A stretch of 64,000 nucleotides of DNA from Squalus acanthias (Eukaryota). The stretch is from contig JASTWF010000033.1 of assembly GCA_030390025.1 (NCBI GenBank), forward strand, positions 5,396,001 through 5,460,000, read 5' to 3'. Within the stretch, counting starts at the first letter, position 1. Each line of letters begins with the position of its first letter. The position numbers and the translations under genes are program-made. This document shows positions 8,905 to 22,130 of this stretch, piece by piece. The notes under the pieces are model-generated. The model was not told the DNA's origin, made no database searches, and was given only the letters and a program-made list of their open reading frames with translations.

Positions 8905-11900
8905 CAGCCTCTGAGTCTCACTCTCTCACACACTGTCTCTCAGACTCACTCTCTCACACACTGTCTCTATAAGACTCACTCTCTCACACTGTCTCTCAGA
9001 CTCACTCTCTCACACTGTCTCTCTCAGACTCACTCTCTCACACACTGTCTCTCAGACTCACTCTCTCACACACTGTCTCTATAAGACTCACTCTCTCACA
9101 CTGTCTCTCAGACTCACTCTCTCACACTGTCTCTCTCAGACTCACTCTCTCACACACTGTCTCTCAGACTCACTCTCTCTCACACTGTCTCTATAAGACT
9201 CACTCTCTCACACACTGTCTCTCTCAGACTAACTCTCTCACACTGTCTCTCTCAGACTCTCTCACACACCGTCTCTCTCAGACTCACTCTCTCACACACT
9301 GTCTCTCTCAGACTCACTCTCTCACACACTGTCTCTCTCAGACTCACTCTCACACACTCTCTCACATACTGTCTCTATCAGACTCACTCTCTCACACTGT
9401 CTCTCAGACTCTCTCTCACACACTGTCTCTCTCAGACTCACTCTCACACACTGTCTCTCTCAGACTAACTCTCTCACACTGTCTCTCTCAGACTCTCTCA
9501 CACACCGTCTCTCTCAGACTCACTCTCTCACACACTGTCTCTCTCAGACTCACTCTCTCACACACTGTCTCTCTCAGACTCACTCTCACACACTCTCTCA
9601 CATACTGTCTCTATCAGACTCACTCTCTCACACTGTCTCTCAGACTCTCTCTCACACACTGTCTCTCTCAGACTCACTCTCACACACTGTCTCTCTCAGA
9701 CTCACTCTCTCACACAGTCTCTCTCAGACTCACTCTCACTCACACTGTCTCTCAGACTCACTCTCTCACACACTGTCTCTCTCAGACTCACTCTCTCACA
9801 CTGTCTCTCTCAGACTCACTCTCTCACACACCGTATCTCTCAGACTGACTCTCTCACACACTGTCTCTCTCAGACTCTCTCACACTGTCTCGCTCAGACT
9901 GTCTCTCTCAGACTCACTCTCTCACACTCACTGTCTCTCTCAGACTCACTCTCTCACACACTCTCACACACTGTCTCTCTCAGACTCACTCTCTCACACA
10001 CTGTCTCTCTCAGACTCACTCTCACACACTCTCACACTCTCTCTCTCTCTCTCTCTCACTGTCTCTCAGTCATGCACTCTCACACTGTCTCTCTCAGACT
10101 CTCTCACACTCTCTCTGACACTGTCTCTCTCAGACTCACTTTCTCAGACTCTCTCACACACTGTCTCTCTCAGATTAACTCTCTCACACACTGTCTCTCT
10201 CAGACTCACTCTCTCACACACTGTCTCTCTCAGACTCACTCTCACACACTCTCTCACATACTGTCTCTATCAGACTCACTCTCTCACACTGTCTCTCAGA
10301 CTCTCTCTCACACACTGTCTCTCTCAGACTCACTCTCACACACTGTCTCTCTCAGACTCACTCTCTCACACAGTCTCTCTCAGACTCACTCTCACTCACA
10401 CTGTCTCTCAGACTCTCTCACACTGTCTCGCTCAGACTGTCTCTCTCAGACTCACTCTCTCACACTCACTGTCTCTCTCAGACTCACTCTCTCACACACT
10501 CTCTCTCACACACTCTCTCTCAGACTCACTCTCTCACACACTGTCTCTCTCAGACTCACTCTCACACTCTCTCTCTCTCTCTCTCTCACTGTCTCAGTCA
10601 TGCACTCTCACACTGTCTCTCTCAGACTCTCTCACACTCTCTCTGACACTGTCTCTCTCAGACTCACTTTCTCAGACTCTCTCACACACTGTCTCTCTCA
10701 GATTAACTCTCTCACACACTGTCTCTCTCAGACTCACTCTCTCTCACACTGTCTCTCTCAGACTCACTCTCTCACACAGTGTCTCTCTCAGACTCACTAT
10801 CTCACACAGTCTCTCTCAGCCTCACTCTCTCACACATTGTCTCTCTCAGCCTCACTCTCTCACACATTGTCTCTCTCAGACTCTCTCTCACACACTGTCT
10901 CTCTCAGACTCACTCTCTCACACACTCTCTATCAGACTCACTCTCTCACACACTGTCTCTCTCAGACTCACTCTCTCACACACTGTCTCTCTCATGCTCT
11001 CTCTCTCACACACTGTCTCTCTCAGACTCACTCTCACACACTGTCTCTCTCAGACTCACTCTCTCACACACTGTCTCTCTCACACTCTCTCACACACTGT
11101 CTCTCTCGGACCCTCTCTCACACACTGTCTCTCTCAGACTCACTCTCTCAGACACTGTCTCTTTCAGACTCACTCTCTCACTCAGACTCACTCTCTCACA
11201 CACTGACTCTCTCAGACTCACGCTCTCACACACTGTCTCTCTCAGACTCTCTCACACTCTCTCTCAGACTCACTCTCTCTCACACACTCTCTCTCAGACT
11301 CACTCTCTCACACACTGTCTCTCTCAGACTCACTCTCTCTCACACGGTCTCTCTCAGACTCACTCTCTCACACACTGTCTCTCTCAGACTCACTCTCTCA
11401 CACAGTCTCTCTCAGACTCACTCTCACACACATTGTCTCTCTCAGACTCACTCTCTCTCACACTGTCTCTCTCAGACTCACTCTCACACACTGTCTCTCT
11501 CAGACTCACTCTCACACACATTGTCTCTCTCAGACTCACTCTCTCTCACACTGTCTCTCTCAGACTCACTCTCTCACACACTATCTGTCAGACTCACTCT
11601 CTCACACACTGTCTCTCTCAGACTCACTCTCTCACACACTGTCTCAGACTCACTCTCTCACACACTGTCTCTCTCAGACTCACTCTCACTCACACTGTCT
11701 CTCAGACTCACTCTCACACACCGTATCTCTCAGACTTTCTCTCACACACTGTCTCTCTCAGACTCACTCTCTCACACACTGTCTCTATCAGACTCACTCT
11801 TTCACACACTGTCTCTCAGACTCACTCTCTCACACACTGTCTCTCTCAGACTCACTCTCTCACACACTGTCTCTCTCAGACTCACTCTCTCTCACACACT

Positions 11901-13570
11901 GTCTCTCTCAGACTCACTCTCTCCTACACAGTCTCTCAGACTCACTCTCACTCACACTCACTCAGACTCACTCTCTCACACACTGTCTCTCTCAGACTCA
12001 CTCTCTCACACACTGTCTCTCTCAGACTCACGCTCTCACACACTGTCTCTCTCAGACTCTCTCTCTCTCACACTCTCCCTCACACTCACTCTCTCTCAGA
12101 CTCACTCTCTCACAGTCTCTCTCAGACTCACTCTCACACACACACTGTCTCTCTCAGACTCACTCTCACACACACTGTCTCTCAGACTCACTCTCTCTCA
12201 CACTGTCTCTCTCAGACTCACTCTCTCACACACTGTCTCTCAGACTCACTCTCACACACATTGTCTCAGACTCACTCTCTCACACATTGTCTCTCTCAGA
12301 CTCACTCTCTCACACACTGTCTCTCAGACTCACTCTCTCTCACACTCTCTCTCAGACTCACTCTCTCTCTCACAGTCTCTCTCATACTCACACTCACACA
12401 CTGTATCTGTCAGACTCACTCTCTCACACTGTCTCTCTCAGACTCACTCTCTCACACACTGTCTCTCTCAGACTCACTCTCACACACATTGTCTCACAGA
12501 CTCACTCTCTCACACACTGTCTCTCTCAGACTCACTCTGTCACACTGTCTCTCTCAGACTCACTCTCTCACACACTGTCTCTCTCAGACTCACTCTCTCT
12601 CACACAGTCTCTCTCAGACTCACTCTCTCTCACACAGTCTCTCTCAGACTCACTCTCTCACACACTCTCAGACTCACTCTCTCACACACTGTCTCTCTGA
12701 CTCACTCTCTCACTCAGACTCACTCTCTCACACACTGACTCTCTCAGACTCACTCTCTCACACACTGTCTCTCTCAGACTCACTCTCTCTCACACTCTCT
12801 CTCTGGGACTCACTCTCACACACATTGTCTCTCTCAGACTCTCTCTCACACTGTCTCTCTCAGACTCACACTCCCACACACACTGTCTCTCTCAGACTCA
12901 CTCTCACACACATTGTCTCTCTCAGACTCACTCTCTCACACACTGTCTCTCAGTCTCACTCTCACACACAGACTCTCTCAGCCACACTCTCTCTCTTGCT
13001 CTCTCTCTCTGACTCTCTCTCTCACACACATTGTCTCTCTCAGACTCACTCTCTCACACATTGTCTCGTCAGACTCACTCACTCTCACACTGTCTCTCTC
13101 AGACTCACTCTCACACACTGTCTCTCTGAGACTCTCTCTCTCACACACTGTCTCTCTCAGACTCAATCTCTCACACTGTCTCAGACTCACTCTCTCACAC
13201 TCTGTCTCTCTCAGACTCACTCTCTCACACACTGTCTATCAGACTCACTCTCACACTGTCTCTCTCAGACTCACTCTCTCTCACACTGTCTCTCTCAGAC
13301 GCAATCTCTCACACACTGTCTCTCTCAGACTCACTCTCTCACACACTGTCTCTCTGTCTCACGCTCTCACACACTGTCTCTCAGACTCACTCTCTTACAC
13401 ACTGTCTCTCAGACTCACTCCCTCACACACTGTCTCTCAGACTCTCTCCCTCACACACTGTCTCTCAGACTCACTCTCTCACACTGTCTCTCTTAGACAC
13501 ACTCTCTCACACTCTGTCTCTCTCAGACTCACTCTCTCACACACTGTCTCTCAGACTCACTCTCTCACAT
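8905..13570. repeat. CT/CA-rich minisatellite, about 30-bp unit cagactcactctctcacacactgtctctct
   Basis: Directly visible, with 26-32 bp variants. It generates the spurious Ser/Leu/His/Thr ORFs. Confidence 0.97.
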
Positions 13571-14070
13571 NNNNNNNNNNNNNNNNNNNNNNNNNNNNNN
13601 NNNNNNNNNNNNNNNNNNNNNNNNNNNNNNNNNNNNNNNNNNNNNNNNNNNNNNNNNNNNNNNNNNNNNNNNNNNNNNNNNNNNNNNNNNNNNNNNNNNN
13701 NNNNNNNNNNNNNNNNNNNNNNNNNNNNNNNNNNNNNNNNNNNNNNNNNNNNNNNNNNNNNNNNNNNNNNNNNNNNNNNNNNNNNNNNNNNNNNNNNNNN
13801 NNNNNNNNNNNNNNNNNNNNNNNNNNNNNNNNNNNNNNNNNNNNNNNNNNNNNNNNNNNNNNNNNNNNNNNNNNNNNNNNNNNNNNNNNNNNNNNNNNNN
13901 NNNNNNNNNNNNNNNNNNNNNNNNNNNNNNNNNNNNNNNNNNNNNNNNNNNNNNNNNNNNNNNNNNNNNNNNNNNNNNNNNNNNNNNNNNNNNNNNNNNN
14001 NNNNNNNNNNNNNNNNNNNNNNNNNNNNNNNNNNNNNNNNNNNNNNNNNNNNNNNNNNNNNNNNNNNNNN
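13571..14070. other. Assembly gap (500 N)
   Basis: Run of N. Confidence 1.
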
Positions 14071-16113
14071 GAGAGAGAGTGAGTCTGAGAGAGAGTGTGA
14101 GAGAGAGTGAGTCTGAGAGAGACAGTGTGTGAGAGAGTGAGTCTGAGAGAGAGTGTGACAGTGAGTCTGAGAGAGACAGTGTGTGAGAGAGAGAGAGTCT
14201 GAGAGAGACAATGTGTGAGAGAGTGAGTCTGAGACAATGTGTGTGAGAGTGAGTCTGAGAGACAGTGTGTGAGAGAGTGAGTCTGAGAGAGACAGTGTGA
14301 GAGAGAGTGAGTCTGAGAGAGACAATGTGTGTGAGAGTGAGTCTGAGAGAGACAGTGTGTGTGGGAGAGTGAGTCTGAGAGAGAAAGTGTGTGAGAGTGA
14401 GTCTGAGAGAGACAGTGTGTGAGAGAGTGAGTCTGAGTGAGAGTGAGTGAGAGTGAGTCTGAGAGACAGTGTGTGAGAGAGAGTGAGTCTGAGAGAGACA
14501 GTGTGTGAGAGAGAGTGAGTCTGAGAGAGACAGTGTGTGAGAGAGTGAGTCTGAGAGAGACAGTGTGTGAGAGAGTGAGTCTGAGAGACAGTGTGTGAAA
14601 GAGTGAGTCTGATAGAGACAGTGTGTGAGAGAGTGAGTCTGAGAGAGACAGTGTGTGAGAGAAAGTCTGAGAGATACGGTGTGTGAGAGAGTGAGTCTGA
14701 GAGAGACAGTGTGAGAGAGTGAGTCTGAGAGAGACAGTGTGAGAGAATGAGTCTGAGAGTGACAGTGTGTGAGAGAGTGAGTCTGAGAGACAGTGTGAGT
14801 GAGAGTGAGTCTGAGAGAGACAGTGTGTGAGAGAGTGAGTCTGAGACAGTGTGTGAGAGAGTGAGTCTGAGAGAGACTGTGTGAGAGAGAGTCTGAGAGA
14901 CAGTGTGTGAGAGAGTGAGTCTGTGAGAGACTGTGTGAGAGTGAGTCTGAGAGAGATGGTGTGTGAGAGAGTGAGTCTGAGAGAGACAATGTGTGAGAGA
15001 GTGAGTCTGAGAGAGACAGTGTGAGAGAGAGTGAGTCTGACAGATACAGTGTGTGAGAGTGTGAGTATGAGAGAGACAGAGAGAGTGAGTCTGAGAGTGA
15101 GTCTGAGAGAGAGTGTGAGAGAGAGTGAGTCTGAGAGAGACAGTGTGTGAGAGAGTGAGTCTGAGAGAGACAGTGTGACAGTGAGTCTGAGAGAGACAGT
15201 GTGTGAGAGAGAGAGAGTCTGAGAGAGACAGTGTGTGTGAGAGTGAGTCTGAGAGAGACAATGTGTGTGAGAGTGAGTCTGAGAGAGACAGTGTGAGAGA
15301 GAGTGAGTCTGAGAGAGACAGTGTGTGAGAGAGTGAGTCTGAGAGAGACCGTGTGAGAGAGAGTGAGTCTGAGAGAGACAGTGTGTGAGAGAGTGAGTCT
15401 GAGAGAGAGTGTGTGAGAGAGAGTGAGTCTGAGAGAGAGTGTGAGAGAGTCTGAGAGAGAGTGTGTGAGAGCGTGAGTCTGAGAGTCAGTGTGTGAGAGA
15501 GTGAGTCTGAGTGAGTCTGAGTGAGAGAGTGAGTCTGAAAGAGACAGTGTCTGAGAGAGTGAGTCTGAGAGAGACAGTGTGTGAGAGTGAGTCTGAGAGA
15601 GACAGTGTGTGAGAGAGGGTCCGAGAGAGACAGTGTGTGAGAGAGTGAGTCTGAGAGAGACAGTGTGTGAGAGAGAGAGCATGAGAGAGACAGTGTGTGA
15701 GAGAGTGAGTCTGAGAGAGACAGTGTGTGAGAGAGTGAGTCTGATAGAGAGTGTGTGAGAGAGTGAGTCTGAGAGAGACAGTGTGTGAGAGAGAGTCTGA
15801 GAGAGACAATGTGTGAGAGAGTGAGGCTGAGAGAGACAATGTGTGAGAGAGTGAGGCTGAGAGAGACTGTGTGAGATAGTGAGTCTGAGAGAGACACTGT
15901 GTGAGAGAGTGAGTCTGAGAGAGACAGTGTGAGAGAGAGTGAGTCTGAGAGAGACAGTGTGTGAGAGAGTTAATCTGAGAGAGACAGTGTGTGAGAGAGT
16001 GAGTCTGAGAGAGACAGTGTGTGAGAGAGTCTGAGAAAGTGAGTCTGAGAGAGACAGTGTCAGAGAGAGTGTGAGAGAGTCTGAGAGAGACAGTGTGAGA
16101 GTGCATGACTGAG

Positions 16114-16145
<32 letters not shown>

Positions 16146-16733
16146 TGTGAGAGTGTGTGAGAGTGAGTCTGAGAGAGACAGTGTGTGAGAGAGTGAGTCT
16201 GAGAGAGACAGTGAGTGTGAGAGAGAGTCTGAGAGAGACAGTCTGAGCGAGACAGTGTGAGAGAGTCTGAGAGAGAGTGTGTGAGAGAGTGAGTCTGAGA
16301 GAGACAGTGTGAGAGAGTGAGTCTGAGAGAGACAGTGTGTGAGAGAGTGAGTCTGAGAGAGAGTGTGTGAGAGAGTGAGTCTGAGAGAGACAGTGTGAGA
16401 GAGTGAGTCTGAGAGAGACAGTGTGTGAGAGAGTGAGTCTGAGAGACAGTGTGAGTGAGAGTGAGTCTGAGAGAGACAGTGTGTGAGAGAGTGAGTCTGA
16501 GAGAGACAGTGTGTGAGAGAGTCAGTCTGAGAGATACGGTGTGTGAGAGAGAGAGTCTTATAGAGACAGTGTGAGAGAGAGTGAGTCTGAGAGACAGTGT
16601 GTGAGAGAGTGAGTCTGAGAGAGACAGTGTGAGAGAGTGAGTCTGAGAGACAGTGTGAGAGAGTGAGTCTTATAGAGACAGTGTGTGAGAGAGTGAGTCT
16701 GAGAGACAGTGTGTGAGAGAGTGAGACTCAGAG
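14071..16733. repeat. Same minisatellite in inverted orientation
   Basis: agagagacagtgtgtgagagagtgagtctg units. Confidence 0.97.
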
Positions 16734-18865
16734 GCTGTGTGTGATAATGAGGGAGGGTCGGAAAGGGAGGGAGCGAGTGAGAGAGGGAGGGAAGGAGAGA
16801 GAAGGTGTGCATACAAGAGTGAGAAGAACAGAGACTGTTGGCGACAAAGGGGAGAAACACTTTTTAATGATTCGGCGGGAGAAAAGGAGTAAAGAGACTG
16901 TTTGTGCTCGAGAACTGAGGGATAATGAACATGAGAGGTTGGAAAGGAGAAAGAGAGAGAGACAGGATGGGTGAATCACAAAAAAACTGAGAGTTGTGGT
17001 TAACAGCTGTTTCTTGCACTGGAAGGATTTAAACTGTGGTGATCCCCAGGGGTCAGTGTGGGCACCATTGCTTTTCTCAATATATGTGGTTATGATTGAG
17101 CTGAATTTGGGTGTTGAGGTCACAATAACAAACATTGCAGCTTCCACAAAGATAAGGAGTGAGGTTAACCATGAAGAGGACTGTCGAGAACTTCAGGAGG
17201 AGAGGGACAGATGAGCAGATTGGACAGGTAGATGTCAGATGGAAATTAATGCAGAGAGATGTGAGGTGGGAAGAATGAGAGGAAATAGACACTATATGAT
17301 AAAACTGTAAAAGGAGTGGAGGAGCAGAGAGATTCAGGGATTCAGATAGACAAATCTTTAAATGTGGGAGGCAAGTTGATAAAACTGTTTTACAAAATTC
17401 CACATGAGATCCGAGGAATTATAAGTAAGGACATAGAGTATAAAAGCAGAGTTAAAGCTACACCTGGACAAATCATTGGTTCAGCCACAGTCAGAATATT
17501 GTCTCCAGTTTTAGGTGCATTATTTTAGTAAGAAAGTAAGGCCTGGGAGAGCTGCAGAAGAGATTCACTAATATGATCCCAAGGACGGGAGTCTTCACAT
17601 AACTTTTCTTCAGAGTAGAGAAGTTGAAAAGGGGATCAGATAGAGGGGTTCAACATTTTGAGGGGGCTTTTAATGAAGTAACAGAAATAAACTATCCCCA
17701 CTGGTTAGTGAGTCGGTAACCAGAGGATATCAATTTGAGACCAAAATAATTGAGTGACAGGTCGATTTTTCCTTTTCTGCACAATGTCTTCCTGAACACA
17801 TTTACAGTCTCATTACTGTTTGTCAAACCTCCTACTTTTGTGCCATCAGCAAATGTTCAGACTGTGCTCCTGATTCCTAAATCCGAACAGTCTCTGAATA
17901 CGGAGAAGAAAAGTGGGCCCAGCACTGACCCCTGGGGTAACCACTTCCAACTCTTCACCAATCTGACCAACTCCCGTTAACACTGACCCTCTGTTTCCTG
18001 TCCTCCGCCAACTTTCTCCCCGCACAGTTCCACTTCCTTTTAAACTGCCCACCTCGACAGAGAAACTGCCCACCTGATGTCTTGGTGTCTCCCGGCCATG
18101 TGATCATCCAAAGCAGTTTCCAGTCGGAATGAAGTATTCTCCTGAACATTTCATCTCCGATCAAAATTCCTTCTGAAAATTCCTGGAAGTTCCGGCACGA
18201 CTTCTCCTGTGGAAGAAAGCCACATTGGGTTAGGGGACGGAAGAATTAAGGACCATTCTGATGTACTCGGTGTCGGCCTTGGCTCATTGGTAACACTCTC
18301 TCGCTTCTAGAATCATAAAGGTTGTGTGTTCAAGCCCCCCTCCAGAGAGTTAAGCACAAAATCCAGGCTGTCACTTCAGTGCGGTGCTGAGGGAGTGCTG
18401 CTGTTTACGGCCATGAAACCGCGCGATTAAAAGGAAAAGTGACGTCAGTTTCCAGCAAAATCACCGCTCGCTCTGAACCGAGAGACTGAAAGTTTGTCCC
18501 GCGCCGCAGAGAGAAAGCGGCGGCTCATCGGGTGGGTGAGGTGCGCATGTGTGAACTCTGCTCCCAGAGTGCAGCGCGGCCTGTGTCACAGAGATAGGGG
18601 CCTTTCCCTGGCGCTCTGCATTGTGGGAGCTGCAGCCCGCCATGGCAGCCCGGCTACAAATCAATCGAGAGCCTTCGACTGAAGATCTAAATACCCTGGT
18701 TCAATCCCGGGTTTCGCCAATTTTGTTTAATTTGTTTTTCCTTCACTATAAGGGGAGAGAATCAGGAGAGATTTTTCGCTCTTGAACCCACGCCTCCCAG
18801 ACCAATAGCAGTGAACTTGGTCCCCTCATCTATGATTTGGGAGTGGGGACCAAATGTAATATATC

Positions 18866-18994
18866 TGATGAAAGGTCATCGACCTGAAACGTCAACTCTC
18901 TTTCTCTCTCTACGGATGCTGCCTGGCCTGCTGAGTTTTTCCAGCGTTTTCTGTTGTTATTTCGGATTTCCAGCATCTGCAGTATTTTGCTATC
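18866..18994 (+). mobile_element. Solo Penelope pLTR with 10-bp TSD, right arm only
   Basis: TSD gtaatatatc at 18856-18865 and 18995-19004; the left arm has the empty site at about 5950-5959. Confidence 0.95.
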
Positions 18995-19187
18995 GTAATA
19001 TATCCAAGGTTGCTGACGATACAAAGCTGGGTGGGAATGTAATTTGTGAGGAGGATGCAAGGAGGCTTCAAGGGGATATAGACGGGCTAATGGAATATAA
19101 TGTAGACAAATGTGAAGTTATCCACTTTGGTAGGAAAAACAGAAAAGCAGAGTATTGTTGAAATAGTGAGAGATTGGGAAAGATCCC

Positions 19188-20957
19188 ATGGCACTATTTC
19201 GAAAAACAGTGGCCGAGTTCCCCCCGGGGTCCGGGGCCAATAATTACCTCCACCTGGACCATGACCCCACTACTGAACATCAAGCCACCGTGTCCAAGAC
19301 CGTCACTGACCTCATCTCCTCTGGAGATCTTCCCCCCACGGCCGCCAACCTCATAGTTCCCCAACCGCGCACAGCCCGCTTCTACCTCCTTCCCAAGATC
19401 CACAAACAGGACTGCCCCGGTAGACCCATTGTTTCAGCCTGTTCTTGCCCCACGGAACTTATCTCTTCCTATCTCGACTCTATTTTTTCTCCCCTTGTCC
19501 AGTCTCTTCCCACCTACATCCGCGATTCTTCCGATGCCCTCCGCCATTTTAACAGTTTCCAGTTTCCCGGCCCCAACCGTCTCCTCTTCACTATGGACGT
19601 ACAATCCCTCTACACCTCCATTCCCCACCAGGATGGCCTGAGGACGCTCCGCTTCTTCCTTGAACAGAGGCCCAACCAGTCCCCATCCACCACCACCCTC
19701 CTCCGCTTGGCTGAACTTGTTCTCACATTGAACAACTTCTCCTTTGACTCTACTCATTTCCTCCAAATTAAAGGTGTTGCTATGGGTACCCGCATGGGTC
19801 CTAGCTATGCCTGCCTTTTCGTGGGATATGTGGAACACTCTTTGTTCCAGTCCTACTCGGGTCCCCTCCCTCACCTCTTTTTCCGGTACATTGATGACTG
19901 TATCGGTGCCGTCTCCTGCTCTCGCCCTGAACTAGAACATTTCATTCACTATGCTTCCAATTTCCACCCTTCCCTCACCTTCACATGGTCCATCTCCGAC
20001 TCTTCCCTTCCCTTCCTCGACTTCTCCATCTCCATCTCTGGGGATAGGTTATTGACTAACATTCACTACAAGCCCACTGACTCCCACAGTTACCTGGACT
20101 ACACTTCCTCCCACCCCGCCTCCTGTAAGGACTCTATTCCATTCTCCCAGTTTCTCCGTCTCCGCCGCATCTGCTCTGATGATGCCACCTTCCATACCAG
20201 TGCTTCCGACATGTCTTCCTTTTTCCTCAACCGAGGATTCCCCTCTACCGTGGTCGACATGGCCCTCGACCGGGTCCGTTCTATCTCCCGCACTTCTGCC
20301 CTCACCCCTGCCCCTCCCTCCCGGAACCACGATAGGGTTCCCCTTGTCCTCACCTTTCACCCCACCAGCCTCCACATTCAACGGATCATCCTCCGCCATT
20401 TCCGCCACCTCCAGCGTGATCCCACCACCAAACACATCTTCCCCTCACCTCCCCTTTCAGCATTCCGCAGGGACCGCTCCCTCCGCGACACCCTAGTCCA
20501 CTCCTCTACCACCCCCAGCACCCCTTCCCCTTCGCCCGGCACCTTCCCGTGCACGCGCAGGAGATGCAACACATGCCCTTACACCTCCCCTCTTCCCACT
20601 GTCCAGGGCCCCAAACACCCCTTCCAGGTGAAACAGCGATTTACTTGTACTTCCTGCAATTTAGTATACTGTATTCGCTGCTCACGATGTGGTCTCCTCT
20701 ACATTGGGGAGACCAAACGCAGATTGGGTGACCGCTTTGCGGAACACCTCCGTTCAGTCCGTAAGGGGGACCCCGAGCTCCCGGTGGCCTGTCACTTTAA
20801 TTCACCGCTTCACTCCCACTCTGACCTCACCGTCCTTGGCCTATTACACTGTTCCACGGAAGCGCAGCGTAAGCTCGAGGAACAGCACCTCATCTTTCGT
20901 TTAGGCACGCTACAGCCCTCTGGACTCAATATCGAGTTCAACAATTTTAGATCATAA
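19188..20957 (+). CDS. Penelope-like RT + GIY-YIG endonuclease (589 aa)
   Basis: Same motifs as the left copy; differs by 2 aa (LRAL/LRTL, KDFI/KDSI). Confidence 0.92.
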   Translation: MALFRKTVAEFPPGSGANNYLHLDHDPTTEHQATVSKTVTDLISSGDLPPTAANLIVPQPRTARFYLLPKIHKQDCPGRPIVSACSCPTELISSYLDSIFSPLVQSLPTYIRDSSDALRHFNSFQFPGPNRLLFTMDVQSLYTSIPHQDGLRTLRFFLEQRPNQSPSTTTLLRLAELVLTLNNFSFDSTHFLQIKGVAMGTRMGPSYACLFVGYVEHSLFQSYSGPLPHLFFRYIDDCIGAVSCSRPELEHFIHYASNFHPSLTFTWSISDSSLPFLDFSISISGDRLLTNIHYKPTDSHSYLDYTSSHPASCKDSIPFSQFLRLRRICSDDATFHTSASDMSSFFLNRGFPSTVVDMALDRVRSISRTSALTPAPPSRNHDRVPLVLTFHPTSLHIQRIILRHFRHLQRDPTTKHIFPSPPLSAFRRDRSLRDTLVHSSTTPSTPSPSPGTFPCTRRRCNTCPYTSPLPTVQGPKHPFQVKQRFTCTSCNLVYCIRCSRCGLLYIGETKRRLGDRFAEHLRSVRKGDPELPVACHFNSPLHSHSDLTVLGLLHCSTEAQRKLEEQHLIFRLGTLQPSGLNIEFNNFRS

Positions 20958-21235
20958 CCTCAGCTCCAATCACATTTATATTTTATTTTTTCCACCCTTT
21001 TATTTGCCCCCCCCCCACCTTTTTTTTCCTCCTAGAAGCTGGCAGCTGTCCTTCATTCTGCCAGTGGATTTCACACTTCTTTCAGCCTTAATCTGTCACA
21101 TTAACACCACCTCTAGCCTTGCATATCTCTTAATGTCTCTTAATGTCTCTTCATCTCCCCCTTTGTTCTTTTATCCCCTCCCCCTTTTCCCAGCTTTACT
21201 CTGGCCTTAAATCTATTTGATTTCCGGCTCTTCAC

Positions 21236-21272
21236 AGTTCTGACGAAAGGTCATCGACCTGAAACGTTAACT
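21236..21272 (+). ncRNA. Minimal type I hammerhead ribozyme
   Basis: agtt ctgacga a aggtc atc gacct gaaacgtt aact. Confidence 0.85.
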
Positions 21273-21372
21273 CTCTTTCTCTCTCCACGGATGCTGCCTG
21301 GCCTGCTGAGTTTTTCCAGCGTTTTCTGTTGTTATTTCAGATTTCCAGCATCCGCAGTATTTTGCTATCGTA

Positions 21373-22130
21373 TGAGAGATTGGGAAATGTTGTTATTCAG
21401 AGGGACCTGGCTGTCCTTGTACACGAATCATTGAAAGTTAACATGCAGGTACAGCAAGCAATTAGGAAAGCAAATGCTATGTTGGCCTTTATTGCAAGAG
21501 GATTTGAGTATAAGAGTAAAGACTTCTTACTGTAATTATATGGGGCCCTGGTGAGACCACACCTGGAGAATTGTGCACAGTTTTGGTCTCCTTATCTAAG
21601 GAAGGATATACTTGCCATAGATGGAGTGCAACAAAGGTTCACCAGACTGGTTCATGGGCTGGGTTGATTGTCCCATGAGGAGAGATTGAGTAGACTAGGA
21701 CTATATTCTCTAGAATTTATAAGAATGAGAGGTGATCTCATTGAAACATACAACATTCTTACAGTGCTTGACAGGTTGGATGCAGGGATGATGTTTCCCC
21801 TGGCTGGGGAGTCTAGAACCAGGGGTAAAAGTCTCAGAATAAGGGGTTGGCCATTTAGTACTGTGATGAGAAGAAATTTATTCACTCAAAGGGTGGTGAA
21901 TCTTTGGAATTATCTACTCCAGAGGCCTGTGGAAGCTCAGTCCTTGAGTATATTCAAGGCAGAGATCGACAGATTTTTCAATATTAAATGAATCAATTAT
22001 GTTCTTATGATATGGGGATAGTGCAGGAAAGTGGAGATGAGGTAGAAGATCAGCCATGATTGTTTTGAATGGAGGAGCATGTTTGGAGGCCAAATGGACT
22101 ACTCCTGCTTCTTTTCTTATGTTCTTATGT
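21373..22130 (+). mobile_element. CR1 LINE 3' part (right-arm copy; upstream part 18830-19181)
   Basis: Mirror of 2803-3557. Confidence 0.92.

Larger units (their letters stand above)
1..13570. repeat. Left arm of large inverted duplication (pairs with 14071-24969)
   Basis: Position 1 tggtgaggacctggaac is the reverse complement of 24953-24969. ORF pairs are mirrored (3973-5742 / 19188-20957; 116-307 / 24663-24854). The arm may extend beyond the window start. Confidence 0.97.
19182..21372 (+). mobile_element. Penelope-like retroelement (right-arm copy)
   Basis: TSD tgagagattgggaaa at 19167-19181 and 21373-21387. Confidence 0.95.

Noticed and set aside
10072..16106. Long ORFs (up to 905 aa) rich in Ser/Leu/His/Thr
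   Set aside because: Translations of a stop-poor minisatellite, some running through N gaps; no domain content.
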